A stretch of 64,000 nucleotides of DNA from Eledone cirrhosa (lineage: Eukaryota). The position numbers and the translations under genes were made by a program. The stretch lies in contig OZ024756.1 in NCBI GenBank assembly GCA_964016885.1, forward strand, positions 4,836,001 through 4,900,000, given 5' to 3'. Every line of letters starts with the position of its first letter. The first letter of the stretch is position 1. The notes under the pieces were generated by a model that worked only from the letters and a program-made list of their open reading frames with translations, was not told the origin of the DNA and searched no databases. Below are positions 41,358 to 54,126 of the stretch, piece after piece.

Positions 41358-43015
41358 AGCAGATTTCTTCCAGGGAAGGAGAGTGAGTGAGAGGAAATGA
41401 GAATGACAGCTGTTTTCTTCCAGGGAAGGAGAGAGTGAGAGAGAATGATAGAGAGGAAATGAGAATGAGAGCTGTTTTCTTCCAGGGAAGGAGAGAATGA
41501 TAGAGAGAAATTGAGAATGACATAGCTGATTTCTTCCTGGGAAGGAGAGTGAATGAGAATGATAGAGAAGAAGTGAGAATGACATAGCTGATTTCTTCCA
41601 GGGAAGAAGAGAGTGAGAGAGAATGATAGAGAAGAAGTGAGAAGGACATAGCTGATTTCTTCCAGGGAAGGAGAGTGAATGAGAATGATAGCGAAGAAGT
41701 GAGAATGACATAGCTGATTTCTTCCTGGGAAAGAGAGTGAATGAGAATGATAGCGAAGAAGTGAGAATGACATAGCTGATTTCTTCCTGGGAAAGAGAGT
41801 GAATGAAAATGATAGCGAAGAAGTGAGAATGACATAGCTGATTTCTTCCAGAGAAAGAGAGCGAATGAGAATGATAGCGAAGAAGTGAGAATGACACAGC
41901 TGATTTCTTCCTGGGAAGGAGAGAGTGAATGAGAATAATAGAAAAGAAGTGAGAATGACATAGCTGATTTCTTCCAGGGAAGGAGAGTGAATGAGAATGA
42001 TAGAGAGGAAGTGAGAATGACATAGCTGATTTCTTCCAGGGAAGGAGAGTGAATGAGAATGATAGAGAGGAAGTGAGAATGACATAGCTGATTTCTTCCA
42101 GGGAAGGAGAGTGAATGAGAATGATAGAGAAGACGTGAGAATGACATAGCTGATTTCTTCCTGGGAAAGAGAGTGAATGAGAATGATAGCGAAGAAGTGA
42201 GAATGACATAGCTGATTTCTTCCTGGGAAAGAGAGTGAATGAGAATGATAGCGAAGAAGTGAGAATGACATAGCTGATTTTTTCCAGAGAATGAGAGCGA
42301 ATGAGAATGATAGCGAAGAAGTGAGAATGACACAGCTGATTTCTTCCTGGGAAGGAGAGAGTGAATGAGAATAATAGAAAAGAAGTGAGAATGACATAGC
42401 TGATTTCTTCCAGGGAAGGAGAGTGAATGAGAATGATAGAGAGGAAGTGAGAATGACATAGCTGATTTCTTCCAGGGAAGGAGAGTGAATGAGAATGATA
42501 GAGAAGACGTGAGAATGACATAGCTGATTTCTTCCAGGGAAGGAGAGAGTGAGAGAGAATGATAGAGAAGAAGTGAGAATGACATAGCTGATTTCTTCCT
42601 GGGAAAGAGAGTGAATGAGAATGATAGAGAAGAAGTGAGAATGACATAGCTGATTTCTTCCTGGGAAAGAGAGTGAATGAGAATGATAGAGAAGAAGTGA
42701 GAATGACATAGCTGATTTCTTCCAGGGAAGGAGAGAGTGAGAGAGAATGATAGAGAGGAAATGAGAATGACAACTGTTTTCTTCCTGGGAAGGAGAGTGA
42801 ATGCGAATGATAGAGAAGAAGTGAGAATGACATAGCTGCTTTCTTCCTGGGAAGGAGAGTGAATGAGAATGATAGAGAAGAAGTGAGAATGACATAGCTG
42901 CTTTCTTCCAGGGAAGGAGAGTAAATGAGAATGATAGAGAAGAAGTGAGAATGACACAGCTGATTTCTTCCTGGGAAGGAGAGTGAATGAGAATAATAGA
43001 GAAGAAGTGAGAATG
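41358..43015. repeat. ~62-bp purine-rich minisatellite, ~27 copies, in the FANCL intron
   Basis: Unit GCTGATTTCTTCCAGGGAAGGAGAGTGAATGAGAATGATAGAGAAGAAGTGAGAATGACATA; starts at 41963 and 42025. Confidence 0.95.
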
Positions 43016-43360
43016 GTAGAGGAAGAATCAACCACAATACTTGACTGGTACTTTATTTATGAACCATAAAAGGAAAGGATGAAAGGCAAAGTTGATCTCA
43101 GTGAGTTTTGAATTCAAAGCACGGAGAGCTCAAATGAATGCCACAAAGTATTATATCTGACATTCTAATGACTCTGCCAATTTACCGTCATTGGTATAAT
43201 AAAAACAACATAAAAAGAGAAATTATAGTTTATGAGAAAACAGTTATCTTATCCCATTGTTAACCACCTTTGTTCCTTTTGTTGCCATATTTCTAATGAA
43301 AGACACTGCCAATGATATTTAAATCACTTTGAAAACATTTAAGAATTTCCTTATTATTAA

Positions 43361-43581
43361 CACTTTAGCATTTAAACCGGCTGTATCAAGCCAGAATTCT
43401 CTCACCCTCTTTCTGTTAAAACCGGCTGTAACTGGCAGCTCATACTGATGTTAAGGTATTTTTCTCAAAATAAATAACATCAAAATCTCATAGATTCGAT
43501 ATAATGTGAAGTAAAGGTTTTACTGTGAAAATATAATAGCAAATATAATGATATATATAGAGTAATGTAAATGCTAAAGAG
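43361..43581 (+). mobile_element. piggyBac-type MITE
   Basis: TTAA|CACTTTAGCATTTA ... TAAATGCTAAAGAG|TTAA. Confidence 0.82.
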
Positions 43582-43718
43582 TTAAGATGCTGTAAGGGTG
43601 TTGGATTGGCAGTATCGATATAGCGTCGGAGAATATGCTTTGTAGCATTAACTTACAGCTTTTTACGTTCTGAGTTCAAATCCTGCCAAGATTAGCTTTG
43701 GCTTTTATCCTTACGGGG

Positions 43719-44161
43719 TCATCATCATCATCATCATCATTTTACGTCCGCTTTTCCCTGCTTGCAAGGGTGGGACGGGTCTTATTCAGCACAGCATCTC
43801 TCCACTTGTCACGGTCCTTCGTCATCTCCACCGTGAGCTTCAGCAATCTGAGATCTGTTCTCACCACCTCCGCCCATGTTTTTCATGGTCTACCTCTACC
43901 ACGTCTTCCTTCAACTGACATTTCCTGGCACTTCATCACCCATCGGTCATCCTCCATGCACATCACGTGTCCATACCACCTCAGTCTCCTCTCTCGCACA
44001 CTACACTCTATTCCTCTCAGACACAGTTTCTCTCTCAACACATTCATGCTGGGTCGTTCATGCACATTGACATTGCACATCCAACGGAGCATGCTTGCCT
44101 CATTTCTCTCCAGCCATCGCATATCCTCTGCAGTTGTTGCCCATGTCTCACTACCATGCAG
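43719..44161 (-). mobile_element. RTE LINE 3' fragment inserted into a SINE
   Basis: Highly similar to 40013-40450. It splits the SINE at GGGGTC|...|GTCAATAAAATAAA. Confidence 0.88.
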
Positions 44162-44410
44162 TCAATAAAATAAAATACCAGTAATGCACTGGGGTTGATT
44201 TAATCGACTTTCCCCTCCCGTTCAAATTGCTGCCCTGTGCCTAAATCAGAAACAATTATCAAGATGCTGTTAAGACCATAACAAAAATTCTTGCATAAAA
44301 TTATGATTGAAAGTTTTTAGATAAATATATACACTTCAACACTTCTGATGCTGTATTTCTAACGAAAGGTACAACTTATGATTTTAAAATCAGTTTGAAA
44401 AAATTCAAAA

Positions 44411-44966
44411 AGTTAGGTGGGAAATGCTTATCAGCCAAATCCCTAAAAATTTTATAAAATTCTCGATAAGCATTTCCCACCTAACCACAAATATCATCAA
44501 ATCTTAAACAGAAATACAGTAAAGTTTTCTTACTCCACATCGAGCAATATACAATAAAAAATAAGTGCATATAACATCTATAAATGTAAAAAAAAACTCC
44601 TTGTATACCACACACAATAGCACACCACACACAAGATAACTATGAAATTAATAAATCTTTGAAATTACTAAATCGAAGGACATTCTATTAAATAAAAGAC
44701 AAGAATTAATTATAGCATGTAACCATAAAATTAGAAGGACATTCAAATATTATAAATACAACTAAACAAATATAGAAAATGATATAGGAGAAAAAATGTG
44801 TGAGTATATCTGTGTGTGTGAATATGTATATGTGTGTGTGTATATGTATGTATATGCATAAGTGTATGCCTATATATATAAAAGAAACATATATATATAC
44901 ACGTGTGTATGTGTATGTATATATATGTGTATATTATGTGTATGTACGTGTGTGTATATATATATG

Positions 44967-45000
<34 letters not shown>

Positions 45001-45895
45001 CTGCTATTAGAATTAATCCATCGATTAAATCCTATATCTCATCCCTATAACTGTTTTAAGTAATTAACTATAATTTAGCACTATATATTACATTATTTTC
45101 AATAATCTAACAACATTTTTTAATTGATATCCATTTAAACCTCCTTTTTTAAAAAAAAACAGATTATAAATGTAGATTCTTATTCGAAAATATAATTCCC
45201 TGCAGGGAAAACTTCATTCTAACCACTCTAACACAATACAATACTTACACAAACTTTAGTTTTTTCTAACCTATATAATATTTTATCTATATTATATCTA
45301 AATTTCACTTCCATTTGGTTCCATTTATATTTCTCTACTTATTATCATATATTTTTAGAACAAATTATTCCTCTCAACAAAGAAATAACAAACACTTTAA
45401 GATTGTTCTATACCATTCTACTTGATGTAACTCACTAATCTCAGTGCCCTTTTTCCTCCAACCGTAATCTTCTTTGACCATCAAGACTTATATATACAAT
45501 ATGTCTAAATTCATTTACACTAGCAACTTTCATTTCTTTTCTTAAAAGTCATTTGACACCTCATCCCCTGACTTATTTATTCATCTACAACTACCAACTT
45601 AAGGATCTATACTGTCCATTCCTATTCTTACTATTGGTCAACCTCAACCTGGTTATAAAACCTTACTTATTCATATGTATGTTTTTTTGTATTCTTCAAT
45701 AAACAAAACTCAATATTTCTGAAGACAGCGGGTAGTGAAGACGTATGTATATTTTCTTACTATGATATTTTTGTAATATATTTTACATAGATCAATAATA
45801 GGATGGACATATGGGGAACTACTCCCCAGAAACGATCGTAAAATAATGAGTTTTAATATGACTTAACCGTTTTTTGTTTAATTTCATTGTTTTAA

Positions 45896-45900
<5 letters not shown>
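44411..45900 (+). mobile_element. Decayed Penelope-like element with short 5' inversion and terminal HHR
   Basis: 44435-44550 translates KNFIKILDKHFPPNHKYHQILNRNTVKFSYST (PLE linker). 21-bp inversion at 44412-44432. HHR at 45714-45845. Confidence 0.7.
45714..45845 (+). ncRNA. Type I hammerhead with ~100-nt stem II extension
   Basis: UAUUU-CUGAAGA-CAGCGGGUAGU...ACUACUCCCCA-GAAA-CGAUCG-UA-AAAUA; perfect stem I, palindromic stem III. The 3' half is also at ~31119-31136. Confidence 0.65.
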
Positions 45901-45931
<31 letters not shown>

Positions 45932-46514
45932 GTATATTATAAATCAATATCAATGTCACATTTCTTGTACAGATTCCCTTGATACTCTGTCGCTATCCAA
46001 TCATATTGTTCATTATGTTCGGCAGATCACAGGGATTGCAGTTTATGGCATCACATATCTACTTGATATAGGTCTTGGCTTGTCATCTTCTGCTAGCTCT
46101 TTCTTGTGTAGGCTTCCGCAAAAGAGAGATTGCTGTTTATGTTGTCACAAATCTGCTTGATTTAGGTTTTGGTTTGTTCTCCTCTGCTGGCTCTTCCTTG
46201 TGTAGTAGGCTCCCACAAAAAAACTTCTAACAATTTCATCTTTAGCTCTCCAGCAATACCCTGTGAATCTAACTCTAATGTCTTCGAGGATGTCTGATAC
46301 TAGACGAAGGTTCCTATACAGTCACTCATTGGTCAGACAATCTCTCCAAGTGACATTCAAAGCCATTATTCATATATGAGTGCTGGCAACATCTAATCTT
46401 CTTTCTAGTTTTAAGGTAAGGGTCCATGCTGAGCTGTATTTTTAGTAACTGAATAATTATTATAGGGAACTACCATCTCATAAAGGTTCTTGTACAGCTG
46501 TTATGTTCTGGATA

Positions 46515-46797
46515 AGTTGTAGTGTGAGGGAGAGAAGATTGCGATGGTATGGACATGTGATGCGCATGGAGGATGACCGCTGGGTAAATAAGTGCCAAGA
46601 AATGCCAGTAGAAGGAAGACGTAGTAGAGGAAGACCACGAAAAGCATGAGCAGAGGTGGTGAGAGCTGATCTCAGATCGCTGAAACTCTTGGAGGAGATG
46701 ACGAAGGACCATGACAAGTGGAGAGATGCTGTGATGAATAGGACTCGTCCCACCCTTGCAAGCAGGGAAAAGTGAACGTAAAATGATGATGATGACT
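46515..46797 (+). mobile_element. RTE LINE 3' fragment
   Basis: Homologous to 40013-40290 in the opposite orientation; (GAT)n tail. Confidence 0.85.
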
Positions 46798-47894
46798 AAG
46801 TGTAAGACATGCACAATCTAGGCACTTTGTCAAGGGGTACAACTTGCACCACTTTCAGCTTATTTTGTGGCTGATGACACAAAAGTTATCTGTTCTTGAA
46901 AACAACATGCAATTTTGTAGATTTGTAGATATATCATCATCATCACCATCACCATCGTTTTTACATCTGTTTTTCCATGCTTGCATGGGTTCAATCAGGC
47001 ATGTCAAACATGTGGCCCTTTACAAGCACACTTGTGGTCCACAAAGGTCTTTACAGCCCAAGCGTAATATAAAATAAAAATATTAGTTGTAATATGCGCA
47101 ATTAATTGTCATGTGTGGCCCTTAGACAACACATAAGTGACCCATGTGGCACTCGGGGGGGGGGGGGGGTCCATCAGTTTGACATGTCTGTGTTAGATGG
47201 TTCCTTTTCAGCATGGTATCTCTCCTCTTGGTGCATTCCTTCATCATATCCTCTGTGAGTCTCGGTGATTTGAGGTCAGCTCTCACCACCTCTGCCCTGG
47301 TCTTCCTTGGTCTACCACTACTGTAGCTTCCTTCCACTTCTCTCTTGTACACTATATCAGTTCTCACCACCTCTGACCTGGTCTTCCTTGGTCTACCTCT
47401 ACTGTAGCTTCCTTCCACTTCTCTCTTGTACACTATATCAGTTCTCACCACCTCTGCCCTGGTCTTCCTTGGTCTACCTCTACTGTAGCTTCTTTTCACT
47501 AGCAAGTAATATTGATAAGAAGGATACTGTGGGATATATATATATGTATTTTCATTTTACTCTTTAGTAAGAATGAGAAGGTCAGTGGACTTGACCGTGT
47601 CAGGGTTACTGAGACTGGTGTAAGGGAAGAAGAAAGGTTTTTTTATACCAGGGACTTGGTCATAGCAGAATAGAATCTGTTAAAGTCCAGGTGGTGGCAC
47701 CAATCCTGATAAATGATTAGGCCTACCACTCAAGTAAGGTCCAGTGGGGTTTGAACTCAGAAAGAGATGAGACATACATGGCAACTATTTTGTCAATCTA
47801 CTGCCTTGCTCTCTAGTTTTGTGACCCTGAAGGGATAAAAGGCAAAGTTGGTCTTGGAAAAATTTACATTGCAACAACTCTGCCAAGTGACAAC

Positions 47895-48140
47895 ATTGTA
47901 CAATGTTGTGCATATATCGAGCAATGGCATACCGTACAGGGTGGACCTCACAAAGGGTCACACTGTACGGAATCACTCTAATGCCAATGCCTGATATATG
48001 CACAACTTGTACAATGTTGTGCATATATCAAGCAATGGCATCCCGTACAGGGTGGACCTCACAAAGGGTCACACTGTACGGAATCACTCTAATGCCAATG
48101 CCTGATATATGCACAACTTGTACAATGTTGGGCATATATT
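47895..48140. repeat. 111-bp tandem duplication (~2.2 copies)
   Basis: ATGTTGTGCATATATC starts at 47903 and 48014. Confidence 0.85.
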
Positions 48141-48542
48141 GAGCAATGCTATGAGTCCAAATTTGCCAACCAAGACCTTGTCCAGGACCCCACTTCTAAA
48201 CCAGTTGGCTCTGACCTTCCTAGAAAGCAACAGGTGTCCCTTATGGGATCTGCACAAAACATGTCAGGACAGCCCATCATCTCCATCAATGGAAAATGAA
48301 AGCCAGCATGTGACTGTGAGGACCTTGGCCAGACAATGCTGCATGTTGTTAGGGATTACCCCCCCTTTAGACATCTTAGTGGCCTGGAGGCAATCCATAA
48401 TACTACAATGACACCTTAGTCTTGCTCACCAATCTCGATATGTTTCTCTAACCATTGTGCATATGTTATACAACAAGAAGATTTACTATATATTATAGGG
48501 GAAAATATAAGTTTGATTCAAAATGTTTTATATTTGTTTCAG

Positions 48543-49400
48543 GTTCTTCTTGAAAAGGTTGTTGAAAAAACTCACAGATCCTCATCAGAACACCTCTTAC
48601 ATATCTCCAATGAGTTGTTTAACGATTTGAAGCATTTAGGCTGGGATAAACTGGTTTACATTGGTCCAGGTTTAAAAAATCTGCATTTCAGCAAAGAAGA
48701 TGACGAAGGCCGTAGTCATGTATTAAAGCTACAACTTCATGCTGAACACCCTCGGGTCCAACCAGTTTGTGTTACTGACCTTCCAAAAACTTTCAAATAC
48801 ACTTGGAATTCAAGTAGTAAACTGATTGATCTTTATAACCAATTCGATAGAACTCTCCAATTGTATCAGGCATTCTGGAATGCTATGGAAGAAATTGATA
48901 TAAGAACATGGGTTTTAGAACCAGAGAAGCCTACATATAGTGCTACATTTCGGAGAATTGCTGTAAGTTCGAATTCATCTCTTCATGTAATCTTCAATCC
49001 TGATGAACCCCAGAACTTTGTCCAGTGTCAGTTCATTGGAGCTGAGAGTGTGGTTGAACCCCTGAAGCAAAACCTGAACACTAATCTTCAGAAATGGGAC
49101 ATAAACAGAAGTGTTCTTCAGAATCTTGAAAATTTATTAGAGATAGAATTTCCCTCTCCAGCTTTCACAAAGAAAGAAGAGTTTCTCGGAGAATGTGGCA
49201 TTTGTTATGCTTACCGACTTGGCATGGAACTGCCAAGTAAAGTGTGTGAAAATGCCAAGTGTGGTCAGCCATACCATCAGTCCTGCCTCTATGAATGTTT
49301 AAAAACTCTTCCATCTAGTCGTTATAGCTCCAATATTGTATTTGGGGAATGTCCAATGTGTTCGAAACCTATAACAGCTACAGTTGTGTCTACTGATTAA
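48543..49400 (+). CDS. FANCL: E3 ubiquitin-protein ligase FANCL, coding exon 2 (DRWD + RING, 285 aa)
   Basis: Acceptor TTTGTTTCAG|GTT, phase 0. LGWDKLVY, AFWNAMEEID..TWVLEPEKP, VLQNLENLLEIEFP and RING CGICYAY..CENAKCGQPYHQSCLYE..FGECPMCSKPIT are diagnostic of FANCL. Confidence 0.96.
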   Translation, partial: VLLEKVVEKTHRSSSEHLLHISNELFNDLKHLGWDKLVYIGPGLKNLHFSKEDDEGRSHVLKLQLHAEHPRVQPVCVTDLPKTFKYTWNSSSKLIDLYNQFDRTLQLYQAFWNAMEEIDIRTWVLEPEKPTYSATFRRIAVSSNSSLHVIFNPDEPQNFVQCQFIGAESVVEPLKQNLNTNLQKWDINRSVLQNLENLLEIEFPSPAFTKKEEFLGECGICYAYRLGMELPSKVCENAKCGQPYHQSCLYECLKTLPSSRYSSNIVFGECPMCSKPITATVVSTD

Positions 49401-49753
49401 CCCTTTAGCATTTAAACTGGCCATATCCGGCCAGAATCCTCTCACCTTTTTCTGTTCAAACTGGCCATAACTGGCTGCTCATACTTATGTTAAGATATTG
49501 TTCTCAAAATAAATAATATTAAAATCTCATAGATTCGATATTATGTGAGATAATTATGTGAAATAAAGTGTTTACAGTGAAAATACAATAGTATATATAG
49601 AGTAATGTAAATGTTATGTGAGATATTGTGTGAGGTAAAGCCTTTACCATGAAAATACAATAGTATATATAGAGTAATGTAAATGTTATGTGAAATAAAG
49701 TGTTTACAGTGAAAATACAATAGTATATATATAGTAATGTAAATGGTAAAGTG
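49401..49753 (+). mobile_element. piggyBac-type MITE with internal tandem duplications, inserted at the FANCL stop codon
   Basis: TTAA(49397-49400)|CCCTTTAGCATTTA ... TAAATGGTAAAGTG|TTAA. Confidence 0.82.
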
Positions 49754-50364
49754 TTAAGATGCTGGATTGGCAATAATTGGTAGAGCGTTGGACGACATAC
49801 TTTGTGATATATAGTTGTGGCTCTTTAAATGCGTTCTGCTATTTGTTCCTATTCTTTATGTTCTGAGTTCAAATCCCACTGAAGTAAGCTTTGCTTTTCA
49901 TCCTTACAGGGTCGATAAAATAAAGTACCAGTGAGTACTGGGGTCAATTTAATTAACTTTCCCTTTCCTGCAAAATTGTTGGCCTTGTGCCTAAATCAGA
50001 AACCATTACTCTTATTCTTAAGAAGTTATTAAATATATTTTTCTGTATATAAGAAACCTTCTAATTTAGCAACTATTTATGATAAAAATATTCCCAAGCA
50101 GATAAATGAAGTGTAATGCTGCATTGTGGGTAAAATAAAATATCTATCTGATGGTTGGCATAAATACTGTCCCTGGTATCAAACCTTTTAGTCATCTCTT
50201 TCACTGTTTGCCATAAAAGCTGACTAAAGGGGTTGATATCAAGGAGGGTAGCTGGTCATAAAATATGAAGCCTGACCTGGTGCTTGAAAGGCTAAGGCTA
50301 ACCCCTTCATTATATTAAATATGTATATTTGTATGTATAATATATATATAATATATAATTATAT

Positions 50365-51017
50365 ATCATCATCATCATTTAACGTCTATCTTCCACGCTA
50401 GTATGGGTTAGATGGCAATTGTCCCACTTGAGGCAAGATTGGTTGGGTGACCGTGTCTCGCTCGTATAGGACTATCTGGCAGGTTTTCTACAGCTGGATG
50501 TCCTTCCTAACACCAACCACATTTACAGTGTGGACTGGGAGCTTTTTACCGTGTTACCTACACGACCACATTACAGTGTGGACTGTGTTTCTTTTGTCGT
50601 GACAGTTACACAACCTCATTAGTTTGGACTGGATGTTGTGGTACCAACATAGCTTTACAGAGAAAGGGTGGTGTTGGTGGGAGTTGGAGGATGGAGTAGG
50701 GGTAGTGGGTTGGGGTGTATATTTGGTTAAGAGGTGCCTACTAACTGTAGGTTTCATTTTGTACACAGGCAAGGGGGATCTTTTGTATTACTGCATGGCG
50801 CCAAAGATCTCAGTCCAGTGACATTGTCTTAGAGATGTGCAAGTGTGTAAGGTTGGAATTTATCAAATTGTCCCAGGTTTTTCTGGGTCTACCTACTCTG
50901 TAACTTCCATCAGTTTTGATCACCCTGCAATTTTTTATACAGCTGTCGTCTTTCATATGCATCACGTGACCATACCAACATAGTCTTCTCTCAAGTAAAC
51001 AGCATCTGATCCCTCTT
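50365..51017 (-). mobile_element. RTE LINE 3' fragment with 3' UTR
   Basis: Reverse-complement homolog of 37250-37877. Confidence 0.82.
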
Positions 51018-52375
51018 ATATATATATATATATATATATAAAAGAGATAGAAAAGCCATTCTATATCCCAATTGCAAGCTATGAGTACATAAAAGATGTA
51101 GTGTGATCACAGGCAGGCTATCAAGGAACATAGGTTTTATGTGCGGCTGATGCTCAGGTGCCATAAAAACCTAGAAACAGTTCTATATGAGCAAGACATG
51201 GTCATCTGACCCAACTTGCCTCTAATGGGACAACCTGTCTCACCCATGCTAGTGTGGAAAATAGATGTTAAACGATGATGATGATATATATATATATATA
51301 TACATATGTATGTATAATATGTCATCATCATCACCATCATATATCTTATCTTTCCACGCATGCATGGTTTAAATGGGTTGTTATCTTATGAAACAAGTCA
51401 GGTCAGGTGACCATGTCTTGCTCATATGGATCTGTATTTTGTCCAGATGCACTTCCTAACGCCAACCACATTGCAGAATAGACTGGGTATATTTTATCGA
51501 GGCACCAAAGCAATTATCTGACAGGGTGGACTGGGTGCTTTTTTATTGCATCACTAGTGTTATCACCATACATGGTAGATTGGGTACTTTTTTCGTTTCA
51601 CCAGCCTGACCACTTTGCAGGCTGAACTTAAGTGCTTTCTTCTTGTGTTGCCAGCAGGACAACCTTTCAAGGTGGACTGGGTGCTGTTTGCTTGTGTCAC
51701 CAACACGACCACTGTATAAGGTGGATTAAGATCCTCTTGTGTCATTTAGCATGGCCATGCTACAGCAGCATTATGAGAGCAGAGGTGGAGTATGTCCAGC
51801 TTTCCATGCATCAGTTGAGAAGGGAAGTGTATCCAGAGTAAGGGTTGGGGGGATATGTATGCAAGTTAGATATGGACAAAGAGAGTGGATATTTATCTAG
51901 TGGTGGTGGGGCACAGATTAAGACTGGGAAGGGTGATTTAGAGGGTGGCTAGGGAGAAGATTGGTACAGACTGGTAACCTCTACATGTTTTATCCTATGA
52001 GCATGGGAAGGCAGGTTTTCTGCAGTAAGCATAATGCCAGAGATCTTGATCCTCTGTCATCTCTTTTGAGAGGTTTACTTGTGTAAGGTCAGCTTTTATC
52101 ATTTCATCCCAAGCTTTCCTAGGTCTCCCTCTTTCAGAGTTTCTGACATCTTTGAGGCCCCTGTATGTTTTTATACTGTTAACATTAATAGTTACCATCC
52201 TAAATCAGAACCCTTGGATTTCCATTGATATCTGGGATATTCTTGGACATCCAGGCTCAGAACTGATGGTTGAAGATTGAAAAATTGTTTGTTAGTATTG
52301 TCTCATTTGATTTACATAATTTTCCAATGCAACACACTCCTTCTTAACAGCTTGCTTATATATATATATATATAG

Positions 52376-52835
52376 GCATCTCTAACAAAATACACCCCCG
52401 TCCCACCCCATCCACACCGCCCCGTTCAATGCAAAGTTATGTTGGTGCCACAACATCCAGGCCGAAACAAACGAGATCGTGTAGGTGTCACAACAAAAAA
52501 ACACACAGTTCACGCTGTAATGTGGCCGTGTAGGCAACATGGTAAAAACCTCCCAGCCCCACACTGTAAATGTGGTTGGTGTTAGGAAGGGCATCCAGCT
52601 GTAGAAAACACGCCAGACAGTCCACGCTGTAATGTGGCCGTGTGGGCAACACGGTAAAAACCTCCCAGCCCCACACTGTAAATATGGTTGGTGTTAGGAA
52701 GGGCATCCAGCTGTAGAAAACCCGCCAGACAGTCCTATGCGAGCAAGACAACCACTCTTGCCTCAAGTGGGAAAACCCCCGTCCAAACCCATGCAAGCGT
52801 GGAACAGGGACGTTAAACGATGATGATGATGATGA
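52376..52835 (+). mobile_element. RTE 3'-UTR-derived repeat with internal 112-bp duplication
   Basis: Matches 37530-37877; (GAT)n tail. Confidence 0.8.
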
Positions 52836-53140
52836 TATATACATACTGCAAGATTCTTGATGTGAAATCGTGTGTTGAAACTGATGTTGTTATATTTGGG
52901 GATGGTTAAGTTGCCAATATTGCCAATAGCAGCAGACTATTATATGGCGTGTGTGTTTCTTTCTATTGGCCTAAAATGATCTACAAACATAATTCAATTG
53001 TATGTAAACACCCAAAAGTGTTTACATAATTAAAATATAAAACAGAATTTATTTTAATTCATTTTTTAAAGATTTTTTTATCGCCTGTTTTCAAATTGAT
53101 GTCCTTTCTGGCCCAGACATTGTTGACAGGGGGAGGTAAT

Positions 53141-53943
53141 GGAGTTACTGGCAGCTAGAGACATTTTATTAGGTATTTGATGGAGGGTACTGGAGTTACT
53201 AGCAGCTAGAGACATTTCATTAGGTATTTGGTGGAGTTACTAGCAGCTAGAGACATTTCATTAGGTATTTGGTGGAGTTACTAGCAGCTAGAGACATTTC
53301 ATTAGGTATTTGGTGGAGTTACTAGCAGCTAGAGACATTTCATTAGGTATTTGATGGAGTTACTAGCAGCTAGAGACATTTCATTAGGTATTTGGTGGAG
53401 TTACTAGCAGCAAGAGACATTTCATTAGGTATTTGGTGGAGTTACTAGCAGCTAGAGACATTTCATTAGGTATTTGATGGAGGGTACTGGAGTTACTAGC
53501 AGCAAGAGACATTTCATTAGGTATTTGATGGAGTTACTAGCAGCAAGAGACATTTCATTAGGTATTTGATGGAGTTACTAGCAGCTAGAGACATTTCATT
53601 AGGTATTTGGTGGAGGGTACTGGAGTTACTAGCAGCAAGAGACATTTCATTAGGTATTTGATGGAGTTACTAGCAGCAAGAGACATTTCATTAGGTATTT
53701 GATGGAGTTACTAGCAGCTAGAGACATTTCATTAGGTATTTGGTGGAGTTACTAGCAGCAAGAGACATTTCATTAGGTATTTGGTGGAGTTACTAGCAGC
53801 TAGAGACATTTCATTAGGTATTTGATGGAGGGTACTGGAGTTACTAGCAGCAAGAGACATTTCATTAGGTATTTGATGGAGTTACTAGTAGCTAGAGACA
53901 TTTCATTAGGTATTTGGTGGAGGGTACTGGAGTTACTAGTAGC
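53141..53943. repeat. 41/51-bp minisatellite, left part
   Basis: Unit GGAGTTACTAGCAGCTAGAGACATTTCATTAGGTATTTGAT, some copies with an extra GGAGGGTACT. Confidence 0.95.
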
Positions 53944-54113
53944 TGTTGTGCGTTCTAATATTGCAAAACTAAAGACCATTTCCAAGCTTTTATTCAATAT
54001 CTAGAATATAAAAACAGTAATTAGTCTTGAAGAAATATAACAATAATATTTGTAAGAAAAGTAAGATATGCAATAAAACAAAGTTATATTGAGGATAGAT
54101 GAACTTCATAACA
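53944..54113 (-). repeat. 3' LTR
   Basis: TGTTGTGCG...CTTCATAACA direct repeat. Confidence 0.95.
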
Positions 54114-54126
54114 TTCTTCGCCGATT

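Noticed and set aside
41167-43037. Three long overlapping minus-strand ORFs (518-622 aa)
   Set aside because: They are translations of the stop-poor pyrimidine strand of a 62-bp satellite, open in all three frames, with no domain.
48513-48542. TTG-initiated start of a standalone 295-aa ORF
   Set aside because: These 30 nt are the intron's acceptor region; the N-terminus is encoded by the exon at 40974.
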